From: the human T2T-CHM13v2.0 reference genome, Homo sapiens
DNA: 64,000 bases
Assembly: GCF_009914755.1 (NCBI RefSeq)
Contig: NC_060935.1
Direction: 5' to 3' (one strand)
Position 1 is the stretch's first letter, and each line of letters opens with the position of its first letter. A program made the translations under genes and the position numbers. Shown piece by piece: positions 1-14,489 of the stretch. The notes under the pieces were generated by a model. It was not told where the DNA came from and ran no database searches. It was given only the letters and a program-made list of their open reading frames with translations.

Positions 1-2469
1 TATAAAAATATCTTATAAACCAAAGCATGAGTGAAAGGAAATCATATAGAACACGGAAAATCATCGTCAAACTCTGATGACCTTGGTTCCAGTCTAAGAA
101 TTCAGTTGACTCTCAAGAAGGGGTCTGGAGGAAGAGAGGTAGCCCAGTTGGCAGAAGAAATATTACATATTTGATAAAAATCACTCCTTACAGAGCCTAT
201 ATAAAATGTAAAAAAAAAAAAAAAAATTTAAGCTAGAATCCTAGCAATGCCTCGAGTGTCCTTATATATTACCCATCTTTTAAATTTGTAAATGCTTTTA
301 ACTGTGGAGCTTTTGACCTGCAACACACTTTTACTTGAAACCTCCACGTGTAAATGTGAGACCAAGGCAAAGGATGGGAGGAGCCAATCAGTCAAAGAAA
401 AGAGGATCCAGGCAATTGGTGGGTTAAGTCAAAGGCTAGGCACAGGCTAATAACTGCTCTGTCCTCACAACTAATTTCTATGTACCAGGCTGCCTCCTAT
501 GGTCTTAAAATGTGTGATTTTGCATCTCAGGGGGATTAATTCTCACTAAAATACTTTTGCGAGTAGCAAATACTACCATTATCATCTTTGCAGAAGAACA
601 GTAGATTGGAGAGAGTCTTAAGTGAATTCTTTTTACATGCCTTACTTCACTTCACCATATCTCACTTTGTGTAAGCAGGAGAAAGCCTTCTCAATTTCTT
701 GAAGTAGCCTCTTCATGTACTAATACCCCTCCCATTCACCAAGGCGCTTGAGCTTTGAGAAAAGGAAAAAAAAAAATCAATAGAACTGCTTTCTCACACC
801 CATCTCCTCCGTTAACCATCTTTCTCCACTTGAATATTTGTCTATGAGACCCAGAGATGTTTTTCTCAGTAAAGTACCCAGCAATGGTCCCTCAAACAAA
901 GCCTAAGCATTTGCTAACTCCCATCACACTTCAGGGAAGAGCAAGTATTTCCTCTTCCCTGAATTCTGAATGCTGTTGGAAAATGCTTCCTAAATAAGTG
1001 TGAATAAGATAATTACCTACTTCCATTTTGAAAAAGGCTTTATGGCAGGTAGAGTTAGTCAGACAGAGCTCTCACATTTAATAATAGCTGTGTAAATATT
1101 GTTTCCTCCTGTTTGGACGGAATAACAAATAATTTCCAGTTTTTAGATAAATGCTATCAAGAGGATGTTAATTGGCATGAGAATGTCTTATCATTTACTA
1201 CCCTGATAGTAAACTTTTAAAAATAGCCTATTCAAGCATGAATCATTTCAAGAAGAAAAGAGTCCCCCTAAGGGTGCCATTCTGAATTTGGGGTTTCCGG
1301 AAACTGAGATGTAGGCCAGATACTCACAGACAAGAAGAGATATCACATTTGTGAAGATAATGATACTGTCTGATCCCCGTCTAACTTTCCTCCTTCTCTG
1401 AATCAGGGTGACATCTCTCTGCTGCCTTTCTAATCCTGCCTCAGCAGAGACTGCCAGCTGAGCTGTAATTCAAAGTTGTCCCAGAGGTGAGGGTGGGCTG
1501 CAAACCTGGCTATCCAATTGAAGAATTGTGCAATTTCTTTCTTTGAACTCTTGATTCTTTGTTAAAGGAAGGGGTTTAGAATACTTTTCTGCATCATTCC
1601 CTTGATTCTTTTCCCCTGTAACTCCTGGCTGAATCTATATTTCAGAGCGTCATAATGTCACAGTGAAATCTAATCCACCTCCTCCTGTTAATGACAGGAA
1701 AAGTGAGGCCAATTTCAGGTGTATGTCTTGTACCTGGTCAGACAGTCAGTTAGTGGTGAGAGCAGGAATGAAAGTTGGTCTTGACCTTCTCTGTCCAGTG
1801 CTCCTTTAGCTAGAGTGCATGGCTTCCCTGTGGTCTCTTCATTCTCTGGGATGCTCATAAATAACCTCTCATATTCTCTGGCTTACTACAGAGAAGTGAG
1901 TCTTGCAGTGAGGCTGAGATCCATGGCCATTACCCCTGTACCCCAAAACAAACACTAATGTGAGTAAGTATCCAGCAGACAGTCATAGTGGCTAGTCTAG
2001 ACAATTATTCCACTTTTAAAAAATATATTATGGGTTCCAGAAATAAAATACATTTATATTCTCTTATCAGTTGAACTATTTAGAAACAATAGTAAGTTTC
2101 TCATTTGATATACTAGATGACTCAAATGGCCTCTACACCAAAAAGGTTTCAATTATATATACCTGTTTTGCTCCAACCCTGATTGGAAATACGTCAGTTT
2201 TCCTGTTTGTTTGGTTGCTCATTTGTTTGTTTGCTCGTTTTATTTTGTTTTATTCCAGACATGCCTGTCTGGAACACAGCAGGGCCTAATGAATATTTCA
2301 AGAGTCAATCAATCAATGGATGACATATATGGCAATCTTTGCAATGTGCATGAGCCCGAGATGGCAAAGAAAATAGATAAGGAGGGGACAGTTAATTGAA
2401 ATTGGAAATGCAAGAAGGGGAGTAACAGTTTATATTGGAAAGATAATATAGCTGGGAGTTAAGCAATGA

Positions 2470-2705
2470 GGTTCTAGATTCCAATTGCATTGCCTCAAAT
2501 TCTGGTCTAACTCACTCTTAGTTATGTGAACTTGTGAAAGTCATTTAATACCACTGAGCTTGTTTACTCATCTGGAAAAGGCAGATAATCATATCTTATA
2601 GGGTTGCGTGAAGATTTAAACAAAATGACACGTGGAAAACACTTATTACAGTGCCAGACACATAGTGCCAATATATATATATATATAATCACTTATTAGT
2701 CATTA
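2470..2705 (+). mobile_element. MIR SINE (degenerate)
   Basis: Core ttagttatgtgaacttgtgaaagtcatttaa...ttactcatctggaaaagg and 3' acagtgccagacacatagtg resemble the MIR consensus. Confidence 0.75.
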
Positions 2706-3629
2706 TTAATCAAAATCAGCAGAAAATATCTCAATTTTGTTTTCCTTCTTCCCAAACAACCCAAAAACTAATGACCTTGCTTAGAGCAAGACCTAACAAA
2801 GATAATTTTGGAGGATGGGGGTAAGTCACACATAGATGAAGGGCACGTGGGTATGTGTGTGCATATAGAAGGATGGTTGCTGAATGACTGTTTATATTAA
2901 TAACTACAGTCCAGTGCACTCATATATATTATGCCATTTGAGAAAAGAAGGGTTAATCTCCCTATTTTAAAGAAGCAAATACCAAAGCTCAATTTTACAT
3001 GGGCAGTGTGGGCTGGAATAGAAATTTTATGCAGTGTCTGCATGTCTCCATAATCCTGCACTCTATTCACTGTCTTCTCAGACATAAGGGAAGGAGAAGA
3101 GATGAGGCATGGGTGTGGTGTGGCTCAAAGATGGGAATAAAGGAAACTGAGGAAAAAGGACATGGAGAGACCGTATGTTCTCAGGAAGTGGGAGAAAGCC
3201 ATTTTTTTTTTTCCAGAGTGCAAAATAAACGATCAACTGGTCAGGGATGTTTACAAAGGAAAGTTGTTGGAATTTAGAATAGCTGTGGGAGACAGGGGAT
3301 GGACAGTGTTGTCTGGAACTTTCTTTGGGATCTCTTCAGAGACATTTTCTTTTCTTTTTTTTTCTGAAATAAACCCACTTCTCATGAGAAGGGCACATTT
3401 CCCAATAGTGCTCCCCCATGTCATTCTAAGTGGAGTAAGTGAAAGGCCCTGGCTTAGTAGTGGGTGAGCTAGCTCTCTAGTTCTCAGAGCCAGAAGGGCC
3501 AGATGTTTTCACAACATCCTAGGACAAGCTGTTGTTTTGTGATCTTGGCCTCTTGACTGTGGGACTTTTATCCACAAGTCGGTATTTCTTTCCCATTGGA
3601 CCAAAAATACAAATACTACATTCTTGGGT

Positions 3630-3840
3630 AAAAACAACAGCAACAGACACTGGGGCCTATTGGAGTAGGGAAGGAGGGTGGGGGACAAGGTTCAAAAACT
3701 AACTATTGGGTATTACACTTGGTACCCGGGTGATGAGATCAATTGTGTCCCAAACCTCAGCATCATGCAACATACCCATTTAGCAAAACTGCACACGTAC
3801 CCCCTGCATCTGAAATACAATTTGAAATTATTTAAAAAAA
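3630..3840 (+). mobile_element. L1 3' UTR fragment (old L1PA/L1PB type), 5'-truncated
   Basis: gacactggggcctattgg...aaactaactattgggta...cccaaacctcagcatcatgcaa...ctgcacacgtaccccctg and A tail; degenerate TSD tactacattcttg / tactacatgcttg. Confidence 0.85.
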
Positions 3841-3967
3841 CTACTACATGCTTGAGGCAAGACTGAAAATAATGGCCTACTTTAATTCATTTTTTCTAAG
3901 TCTATTAATTTTTCCTCTACTAAATTTAAAGCTACCTCAGAAAGTCCTATTATTTAAGTTTTGGCTA

Positions 3968-4000
3968 CTTAATACTTAATAATACTTATTAAGTATTAAG
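3968..4000. repeat. Perfect inverted repeat, 15-bp arms and 3-nt loop
   Basis: cttaatacttaataa-tac-ttattaagtattaag; the arms are exact reverse complements. Confidence 0.97.
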
Positions 4001-4029
4001 AATGGCATGGAAAAGTACTGCGAGGGCCT

Positions 4030-4745
4030 TAAAGAACCTCCCTGACTCCAGACTTTCCTACACTACTGTATGTGGCAGAGTGATCTTTTCTAAAATACAA
4101 AGGTGACTTGCCATATTTCTCCCCTCTTTTTGTGGCTCTCCATTGGCCACTGGTAAAAGTCCAGACTCCTACACAAGAAACATAAGGCCCTTTTAATCCT
4201 GAAACGTCTAGCTGTTGATCCGTCCTGCCATACCTCTGGCCCTTTCTACTCCCCTATGTCCCCACTCTATCCTCATCCACACCCAAGGGCATGCACTGTT
4301 CTCAGGAAAGGCTTCCATGGCCATGTACTGTGGAGGATACTTCCTCTCCCCTCATCTGCTGGGCAAGCTTTGCTGCAGCCCTCAAGCCTCCTTTCAAACA
4401 CGGCCCCCTCAGAAGATTCCCTTGACTTCTCCTCTAAAAAATCATTGCATTATGTATACATCATCACGCTGGCAAGATCTTCATGAACATCACCTTTACC
4501 TGCTGGCATTTCTGTTTCCTCTAAAAAATCATTGCATTATGTATACATCACCACGCTGGCAAGATCTTCATGAACATCACCTTTACCTGCTCGCATTTCT
4601 GTTTCCCCTACTGGGCTGTGAACTACAGAAAGTAGGATGTTTTTATCTATTGATACATTTATTTTGTGCTACCAGCCTTAGGATAGTGTCTAGAATTAAA
4701 AAAAAAAAAAGGCATCCATTAACTCTTCAAAGATGAGTGGAAGGG
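4030..4745 (+). mobile_element. L2 LINE 3' fragment containing an internal 87-bp tandem duplication
   Basis: cagagtgatcttttctaaaatacaaa..., taaaagtccagactcct, ctactgggctgtgaactac... typical of L2 3' ends. Confidence 0.65.
4430..4606. repeat. Tandem duplication, 2 x 87 bp, 2 mismatches
   Basis: cctctaaaaaatcattgcattatgtatacatca... starts at 4431 and again at 4518. Confidence 0.97.
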
Positions 4746-5277
4746 AGGGAGGGAGGGAGGCAAGGAGCATAAGAAAAAGGAAGGAGAGAAGTAAGGAATA
4801 GACAGATGAGTGAGAGGCAGATTTTCAGAAGCACCCAGGGCCTCTGTGTCAGGCAGCATTCTAGGGGCACTAGAATGATGTCTCCTTCAGTCCTGACAAT
4901 AACCCTGCAAGGTGTTTGTTGTTATTTCTCATCTCAGATGAAGAAATGGATGCTCACATTGGTGGAGTACATTACCCATTGCCATGATTGGAAACTTCAG
5001 AGTGGGAATTAGCACCAAAATCTATCTGGATCTGAGGGGTTACTTAGTCCTAATGATCCAACTGGTCTCTCAGATTCATTCTCCTTTCCCAGATTTCACC
5101 ACCCAGTCCCTATTTGATCAGAATTTGTTCTCACAGGACTCTGAAACCAACAAAATTATTCTCCTTACCACACTGTTAACACTGTAACTTGAATATTTAT
5201 AGTTGTAATAAAAAAAACAGGCTTTACTCTCCTCTTGTTAACAATGATAACAACAAAAGCTAAGAAAAACTGAGCAC

Positions 5278-6061
<784 letters not shown>

Positions 6062-6210
6062 TTTAATGTACCGGTGAATCACTTGCACCTTGTTAAAATA
6101 AAGGTTCTGATTCAGTGTGTCTGGGGTGGGGCCTAAGGGTCTTCATTTCCTGCAAGCTCCTAGGTGACCCTGCAACTGCTTAGGGGACCCTACTTTGGGT
6201 TTAGAGCACT
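6062..6210. mobile_element. MER5A-like hAT-Charlie MITE (apparently interrupted by the Alu)
   Basis: gaatcacttgcaccttgttaaaa...ttctgattcagtgtgtctggggtggggcctaag...aagctcctaggtga. Confidence 0.75.
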
Positions 6211-6444
6211 GTGGGAACAGATGACCTGAGTTCACCCCTGACATCGATAAAGTTAACTTCGTTTTGCTTCAGAACCCACTTCTATAAAACCAAAATGGCA
6301 AGAGTACCCATCTTATCTAGCACTGTCCCAGGGCTGTTGTGAAGATGAAATGATAGGGTATGTGTAAAGCCCTCAGAACAGCCTCCAGCACAATGAGAAA
6401 AATCTATTATTATTTTCTATTATTATTGTTGTCTTAAACAACCA

Positions 6445-6660
6445 AGTGGTTCTTCTCAATGGGATGTTGAGGTAAAGGGGTGGTATAATTTTGTCCCCCA
6501 GGGGACATTTGGCAATGTCTAGACATTTTTTGTTATCTCCATTGGTTGGTAGAGGGTGCTATTGGTATCTAGTGAGGCCAAGGACACTGCTATACATCCT
6601 ACAATGCAAAGAATACCCCCTACAACAAGTAATTATCTGCCCCAAAATATCAATTGTACC
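6445..6660. mobile_element. MER20 hAT DNA transposon
   Basis: aattttgtcccccaggggacatttggcaatgtctagaca...gaggccaaggacactgcta...aattatctgccccaaaat. Confidence 0.85.
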
Positions 6661-7749
6661 TGCAATAACCCTAGAAGTTAGGGATTATCACTCCCAGTTT
6701 CCACATGAAGGTACAGATCCAGATATATGGCCTAGTGCACACATTTGGTAACATGGGACCATTTTATGTGAAAATGCAGACCCAAGGTAGATGCTATTGG
6801 AGCCTCCTGAGGCAGTGCATACGAGGGCAACACACTTGTACCTTCATGCGGTCGGACTTTCTTTTTAACTTCTAGAGCTGTAAGCAAGCTTTGAGCCAGT
6901 GTTGTTCTTGAATTTTAATCAGAAGCAAAGTCCCAGAGGAGGCCATTCAGTCGTGAACTATCCTGCACAGAACCAGTAGAGTCACACAGCACTTGTGGCC
7001 TTCAAATCCCCTCCGACAAAGCTAAGACGATTATTGTTTTTTGAGAAAATGGAAATCCATATGGATTAGTGTATGGTCTTCAATGCGTGTTTCAACCCTC
7101 ACACAAATTAACAACGGGAGTTTATTTTTACTATTTTTTTGATCACAGCATAGTACACATAACACCCTCTGGAACCAACTTTTCCTTTCTCTTTTTATTT
7201 TATAAATACTTCTAAAGTGTCACTATCTCTCTGAAAAAGTTAGGTGGTTAGAAAATTTATACAGACAAAAACCAGAATTTCTCAGACAGTTCACTCAGTT
7301 CAAACTAGCCAGCCAACCAAACAAAAACATAAATAGAAATGAATGTGTAACATAATAACATCCAGTGAAATTTTTTTTAGCATAATGAAGGAGGTTGGGC
7401 TTTTTGTTAAGGCACGTTTGGCTCTACCACTAGCAGACTGTGTGACTTCCTCTTCAGAGCCAAGCATTGCTTTGTATCAATATAAAATATCAACCAATGC
7501 TAGAACTGTCATGGTAAACTATGGAGGAAAGGGGCAAAAGATAAGTGAGCGTGCTAGAATATATTTACTACCTAAGATGGGAAAACTTTCCATCTAGTTA
7601 TGTTCCTCGTTTACTAAAGTGAAAATGAACACTCTGGTTATGGGGAGACATGAGCATTGTCGAGAAGCTCAGTAACAGCTGTTCTCTGAAGACTTCCCTG
7701 ATGGTATTAGATGCTGTTACAGAACTGGACTGCCTAGCAAGAATTGATA

Positions 7750-8500
7750 TAATAAAATCACTCAATAGTAGAGGCCACGCGAAGCTTTTAACTTCCAGAA
7801 GCAAGTGAGTATATTCCCCCTCATAAGGGGAAGCAAAATCAGAATGGCTGCCAGGGGAGCCTCACCTGTAGAGACCTACAGAGGAGACTTATGGGAAACC
7901 ACTAGGAGCACTGCTTAATACATACAACCAAGATCAGGAATGAATGAGCAGAAGGCCGAGGACAACTGAACCAATGGGCAGTAATGATGTCTTGCCAAGT
8001 TTCTAGATGTGCTCCAGCTCTTGTAACCAGATTCCAAAAACTGAGTAAGACCCTATGTAGAAGGATACTGAAGCATCATGGCAAATAAATGGTGACTCCC
8101 AGTCCTTCCCCAAAGGGACTTATAGCCATTTATTGGGAAACTTTATTATTACTACTATTATTAATTCATTTTTTTGAGATAGGATCTCACACTGTCTCAA
8201 ATTCTGTTTGTAATTCTCCCAAAGTGCTAGGATTACAGGTGTGAACCACTGCACCCAGACTATTGGGTAACTTTAAACTGAGAAAGATGAATACTCAGGT
8301 CTTTTTTAAAAAAAAAATTTCTGTGAACTTCTGTAGAGAGGTACCCCACATCTTTTGAGGATACAGGGTCCAAGTTGATGCTGACATCTGGGGTCTCAAA
8401 CGCTATCATGACTCCTGCTAGAGGAGGGGCATAATGGAGTCAAAAAATAAACAGTGCCCTAATGCGGAGTGATTTTACAGTGGGTCCATGCATCTAGTGG
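7750..8500 (+). mobile_element. ERVL-class internal fragment (gag/pro region), decayed
   Basis: ccttccccaaagggactta, gatacagggtccaagttgatgctga (DTGS protease-motif-like), ggaggggcataatggagtc...acagtgggtcca resemble ERVL internal sequence. Confidence 0.55.
8146..8260 (-). mobile_element. Short, internally deleted Alu or Alu monomer with TSD
   Basis: tttgagataggatctcac joined after about 25 nt to cccaaagtgctaggattacaggtgtgaaccactgcacccag; TSD tattgggaaacttta (8131) / tattgggtaacttta (8261). Confidence 0.85.
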
Positions 8501-8544
8501 AGTTGTTGGGAGATTGTTCAATAAATGCCAATTTGGTTAAAGGA

Positions 8545-9390
8545 GTTAATCTTCTGTTTTGTCTAATTTTCCTACTAATTACTGAGAGGAGGATATTTTA
8601 AAACTCCAAACACGATTGTGGATTTGTTTATATGCCCCTTTACTTATATAAGTTTTAATGTATTATATTTTGAAGTTCTGTTATTATATGTATGTGTATA
8701 TATATATAATATATAAATAATAATATATTTATTATTTTATATTTCCTGTTATAGTCACCTTTTATCATTATGAAGTTTTCATTCTTGCCTCTAATGAAAC
8801 TCTGACTCTTCAATTTGCGGTCTATTTTGTCTAATATTACTAAAGAAACTCTGACTATCTTATGCTTATTGTTTATATGATACATTTTATTTGGTCTTTT
8901 ATTTTTAGTCTATTTGCCTTTGTATTTAATGTCTGTCTTTTATAGACGTGTTAGAGTTAGTTCTTGCTCTTTTATCCTACCTGACAATCTTTCCTTGGAA
9001 TGAAGAGTTTAGTGTATTTTCATACAATGTAATTTTCATATGGTTTTATTTGGCCTGCCATTTTCTCCTTTTTTAAAACTTGTCTAATCTATTTATTTTT
9101 TTCTTTATTCCTCCTTCCTGCCTTCTTTTTGTATTAATTGAATATTTTTAGTATCCCATTTTAGTTGCTCTATTGGCTTTCTAGCTACATCTCTTTCATA
9201 TTTTTACTGCTTGCTCTAGGGATTACATATAAATCTTAAACTTATACCAATCTAATTAGTTAACATTTAACATCTTAAGTTAAAATACAAAAAGTTTGCA
9301 TAAGTGCATTCCCTTTATTTCCCCCATTCCTAGTACAATTATTAGTTTTCTCCCTTTAAACAGTCATATGTACGTTAAGGAATTTAAGAG
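8545..9390 (-). mobile_element. Old L1M fragment (ORF2 endonuclease N-terminal region)
   Basis: ORF 8655-8885 (VSLVILDKID...FIMIKG...IINI) resembles L1 ORF2 VAILVSDKTDFK...YIMVKGS...ILNIY. Confidence 0.8.
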
Positions 9391-10941
9391 AGAGAGGGAA
9401 GGAAAGAGAGAGAAGTTGGTGTGGAGAGAGGGGATTTGTCTACAGCAAGGGAGTTAGGATGAAGCCATATTGGCACCAGCAGCATTTTATATAGCTAGCC
9501 TAGCCCTGGGCACACCCTGGGCCTTCTAACCAACACAGCCTCAATTCTCCTACCTTGTAATTTATCCTTCAGAATGTTTTTCCACTCCTTTTTATTGCCT
9601 GTGGGTTATCTGCTCACAGGGATCCTTCTTTGTGTCCAAACGCAATACACCAGCAAAGTCTAAACAAAGCTTGTGCCACACTGAACAAAGGAAGAGGCAA
9701 AGGAATGGAAAGGGGAAGTAACTTGCATAATGTCACAGATAGTACGTAGTGAAACCAGGACTTAAACCTACTCTGTCACTAAAACCAATATATATTTAGA
9801 ATGAGCCAGTAGGTATAATGGTAATAAACACAAGACTATGAGCTCTCCAAGGGCAGGAATTTTTGTATTTTTGTAATGATATGATTCAAGGGGTCTGGAA
9901 CAATGCTAGTTATATAGTAGGTACTCGATAAATATTCACTAAATTTGGATGATCTTCCATAATACTGTATTAGAGCCATACCATGATACTCACTGCTGCA
10001 TTCAATGGGTATGATAGTGTGCCACGACTAAGCAATGTTACCTAATAACCTAGCATAAGATCTGGCTTTACCACCTGCGTATTCTAGGACGCCTTAGAGT
10101 TTCACATTAATAATAATATATAAGATGTAAATAATAAACCCTACTCTCTAAAAGGATGTGAAGTTATGCTGAAGTATGTGAATGTGGTAGCATGCCACTG
10201 ACACGATAAAACTTACTTTCACTCTTCTCTAAATCCTTTTCTAGCAACAGGACTGTCATGCACAGGTATGCAGGTTGTATGCACATGACTCCAGGAGATA
10301 CCTTTTACATTGTAATCTCTGTAAACAGTGACTCTTGAAGTTCAAGGAATCTAAATGGCTTCATACAGCAGTTCTGAATCTAGCATAGTAACTACAGCAA
10401 CTAGATGACAATGAGAACACGGTCATTTTCAAGTGATCCATTCATCATTCAGTGAATTAACGACCTATAGATCAAGGTGGATTTATTTTACCCTAAAATT
10501 TGACCCATTCCAGAAACAGTTTTTAAATGTACCAAGTGCTGATTAAGAGCAATTCAACAAATGCATCATCAAATATATGCCCAAATATATGCCCAGTTCT
10601 GTGCTAGGCATCAAAGGGAGAAGAAAACTGAGTTAAAAACATGGTTCACATTCACTCCCCTATAGAAACTTCCACTTTACTGTCCCCCAGAGACTTCCAT
10701 GTCAACTCATGCATTAGTCACTTCTTCATTCTTATTTTATTTGGCCTCTCAGCAGCACTGAATAGTCTTTATTAAAACTCATTTTTCCCCCTCTTGAATT
10801 CTGTGTTTTTCATCCCACCTTAGAGACGGCTTTTTTTCAGTCTTCCTTTGTTGGCTCCTCCTTCCCTGATAGATTCTAGATGTTGGGAGTAGTCCAGACC
10901 TCAGTCCTTGAATATCTTCTCTCTATGCTTTCTCCCTAAGT

Positions 10942-11119
10942 CAGTGGTTCACAACCTTGGCTGGATATTAGAAACATCCAAGAAGCTTTTAATAACACCA
11001 ATGTTCAGGCCGCACCTGAGACCAATTACATAAGAATCTCTGAGGGTAGGACTGAAACATTATTATAGTTTCAAAGATTCCCAGGTGTTTCCCATGTGTA
11101 GCCAGGCTTGAGAACCATT
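10942..11119. mobile_element. MER5 (A/B) MITE inserted in an L2 relic
   Basis: TIR-like ends cagtggttcacaacc ... ggcttgagaaccatt. Confidence 0.8.
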
Positions 11120-11439
11120 TCCTGAGTGATCCCATTCATTCCATGGCTTTAAATGCCACCCGTCTGTTGTTGATTTACAAATTGATTATTCCAGCCCTAG
11201 AATTCCTAATTCTGACCCCAGCCCTAACTTCTCTCCCTGGCTCGCTTCATACACTCCTGGCTTGTTTCAGGTTTTCCATGTGCACAAGCTTTTCAACTCT
11301 GGATAAGAACTCCCTGGACCACACAGATCACCACCTAGGGCTGATTCAGTTTCTCATTGCCATCCACTTCCCACAAGCACATCCCAACCCCCACCAGGAG
11401 AGACGTTCAGATAGGTTATTAATATTATAATAGAGGCTT

Positions 11440-11665
11440 CCTTGTATTACACATCCACCATGTGACTAGTATTGTGTATGTGGTTTTATATATTTTGTTT
11501 CATTTAATCCTCATGACAACATTTTGAAGGAAGTATTATACACAAACTCACAGGTGAGAAAACGAGGTCTTAAAAGGGTGAACAAATTTATCCCAAATCA
11601 CATGACCAATAAAGTGGAAGAACCAGGACTCAAGCCCAGGTCAGTTTTACTCCAAAGTTCATGCA
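11440..11665 (-). mobile_element. MIR SINE
   Basis: catttaatcctcatgacaac...caggtgagaaaacgagg...ccaggactcaagcccaggtcag. Confidence 0.8.
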
Positions 11666-14489
11666 TCATCGTTGAGCGTGCTGCTGCTTGAGTCCCTTGA
11701 CTTTCAACCAAATGAACCACGCTCCCCTCTGAGAACATATTCTTGTTTCCAATATTATGGGACATGAAATCTTTGAGATTCTAGAAAGTTAGGTTCAGGT
11801 GAGGCTGGTGAGTTCTTAGAATTCAATTTTCTAATTGTACAGATTAGGATATCAAGGTCTTGAGAAGAAAAGTTACTTTCCCAAGGTCAAACAATTAATT
11901 ATTGGCCAGGCAAGGATTTAAATTAGGTCTCTTATGAATCCAATGCTCTTCTCAGAACATAATGTCTCCCCACATTAAAATGAAGTGTTTCTAATAATTT
12001 ATTTTTCTCTTCAACTTGCTCAAGAGTCCTTCATAAAACAGGCTATGTGTTGTTCAGCTGCATAAAATAATTATTTGTTACATTTGTTGCATTCCTTTTA
12101 CCTTTAATTTCAGTCAACTGAAATGGCCATTGCTCACCAAGCTACTTTAACCACAGAGCCCTTATGAGGCTTGTCTCTGAAGTCTTATTTTCTGTGGTGA
12201 ATTAATGATGTGTTATTCCCAGAGACTTTATGGTGCTTATCACTATATTAACTCACATCAAAAAAATCACAGGGAGCTATTTTTCAAACCCTGACAAAAA
12301 CAGCCTAGAGAAATCCTACTGAATTGGGAACTTTGAAATATGAATGCACATATGGATTGCATATTTCTCATAAAGAAAATGTTTTCATTTCACATTAGGT
12401 AAAAGCTTTCTTCAAAAAGTTGTCACTTAGTACAGGGAAAGATTCATTCCCTCTCAGACTGGTTTCCAAGAGCAGAAGGAACGGTTGTTCCTTTGCAAAC
12501 AAGGATTATTAATTGTAGGTCATAATGTGGTGTGCAGTTAGAGAGACCTTGATTTGAATTTCTGATGTGCTGATTACTGGCTCTGATCTGTTACATGTGT
12601 GACTTGAATTCTCAGTGCCTCTGTTCTCTATCTGTAAAATGGGACTGAAAATATTGCATCCAAGTTGACAGGACTCTGAAATAATGTGAATGAAATACCT
12701 CAGTGTTCCTAGACTATAATAGAGGTTAAATAAATGTCGTTTTTCTTGCCAAAGATTTAATTTGTTCCTATTCTAGCTTAATGGCCCTCAGTCACTTTTG
12801 CCAACCATTCTAGGCAAGTTCCAGTCTTCTCCTTTTATGTCACTCATTTACTCATCAAACACTCTTAATTCTGTGCCGGCTATGCCAAACACTGAAAGAA
12901 GCTCAGCATCCTATCCTATTCTAGGAGCTTGGCATCCAGTGTGGAGGACAGACTAGGAAATAGGAAATTGTACTAGAATTCACCAAGAGCTCTGATGGGT
13001 AAGTACCAGCTATGTACAACCCCAACTACAGTTCTAATTAGTTCTTCTTATTCACAAAGACCTCCCGGAGGAAGTCATATCTAGGCTGAGTGTCCAGTAG
13101 GACTCTTCCATCTCTGAGACACCCTGACCCAAGGGGTTCCTACAAAGCTTGCACAAGTGGACAGAGCAGTTCTTATTAAAACTAACAGTTATAATGAAGA
13201 GATATTCTTCATATAAGACATAACATTGTGTGTGTTCAAGAAAGTTCTTTTAACTACACAGCATCAGCCGAGGAAGCAGAAAGGAAGGTCTACCTTCCTT
13301 ATGGAGGGATGTGGGAAGGGAAATTGGAGGCCATGAACTTTTCTTTGGCATCCACAAAGTGTCAGGAACTCTGCTTGGCATTTTCCTCTCTCTCTCTCTT
13401 ACATTCTTTCTCACTCTTCCTCTTACTTTCTTTCTATGTCACTCTTTTTTTAAAAAAATTCATTCATCATAATAAATGATGAAGGCTGTCTTATCCTCAG
13501 TATTACACAGGAAAAACAAGGTGAACTAAGTGCCAGAACGTTCAAGCTATCTTGCTCAAGGCCACACCAGTAAAGGGCTACAGAAGGGATGTGAACACAC
13601 TCAGGCTGGCTGTCCAAACTTGATCCATCTGCCTAGGCTAAGTTGGGGTGTCAGGGTCTCAGAAAAGCAGGTTGAGTTCAAGGAAGCATGTTACAGAACC
13701 CAGAATCCCAAGGGTGAAAGACTCTGTCACCTTTGGCAGGGTTGCACAAACCAATAATTTGCCCAGAGCACACCACAAATTATTCAAGCAGCAAGACTAA
13801 CTCAGGACTCTGCCTTCTGCTTAGTGATGGGACCTTCACAAAGGGCCAGGCAGGTCATAATTGGCTTAGGAAGAGGTGGGAATTTGGGTAGGCAGGGGAA
13901 CACCATGTCCCATTTTGGGGATGCTAAGAATCACTGCAGCGGGTCTGGTCTGACATCGCAGGTTCATTAGGGCAACCTTACTCAAATTGGCAGCAAGTCA
14001 TTGGTGGTAAAAGAGATTAAAAGGGCTCTTCCTTATTTAAAAGGGGAGGATAAAGTTGCTGACTAAGATATGTTGTGGATAATGAGAACAGTGCCTGAAA
14101 TAAAGAAAAAAATAAATGAAGCTGGGATGGAGAAGGTGACGAGCTGCTGAATCAGCTCTCTGGCAGAAAATGGAATTCGGAGGTTTTCTTTCTGTTTCTG
14201 ACAAAATGGATGTTCAGGCCTTTCCTTTCCTTTTTTTCTTATTCATCTAAAAGATTCTCTTTAGAAGCAAAGTAAAATGGAAATGCAAACCTGAAAATCC
14301 TGACACTAACTCTTTTGACAAGATGGAAGGTAAGGAGAAAGTAATTGCTGATACTGAACATGATCCAGAGAGAAGCACTGTCCTTCTCCCACTAGGAAAA
14401 GGAGACATTTTCCCAACTCTGTGCCAAGTATGATCCTAAGATGTCTTAGATTTTTCTGTAAAATGAAAAGGGAGGGGACGAAGGAAGAA

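Noticed and set aside
4215-4736. 173-aa ORF with a repeated 29-aa block
   Set aside because: Starts at TTG, lies in an L2 relic, and owes part of its length to the 87-bp duplication; no recognisable protein
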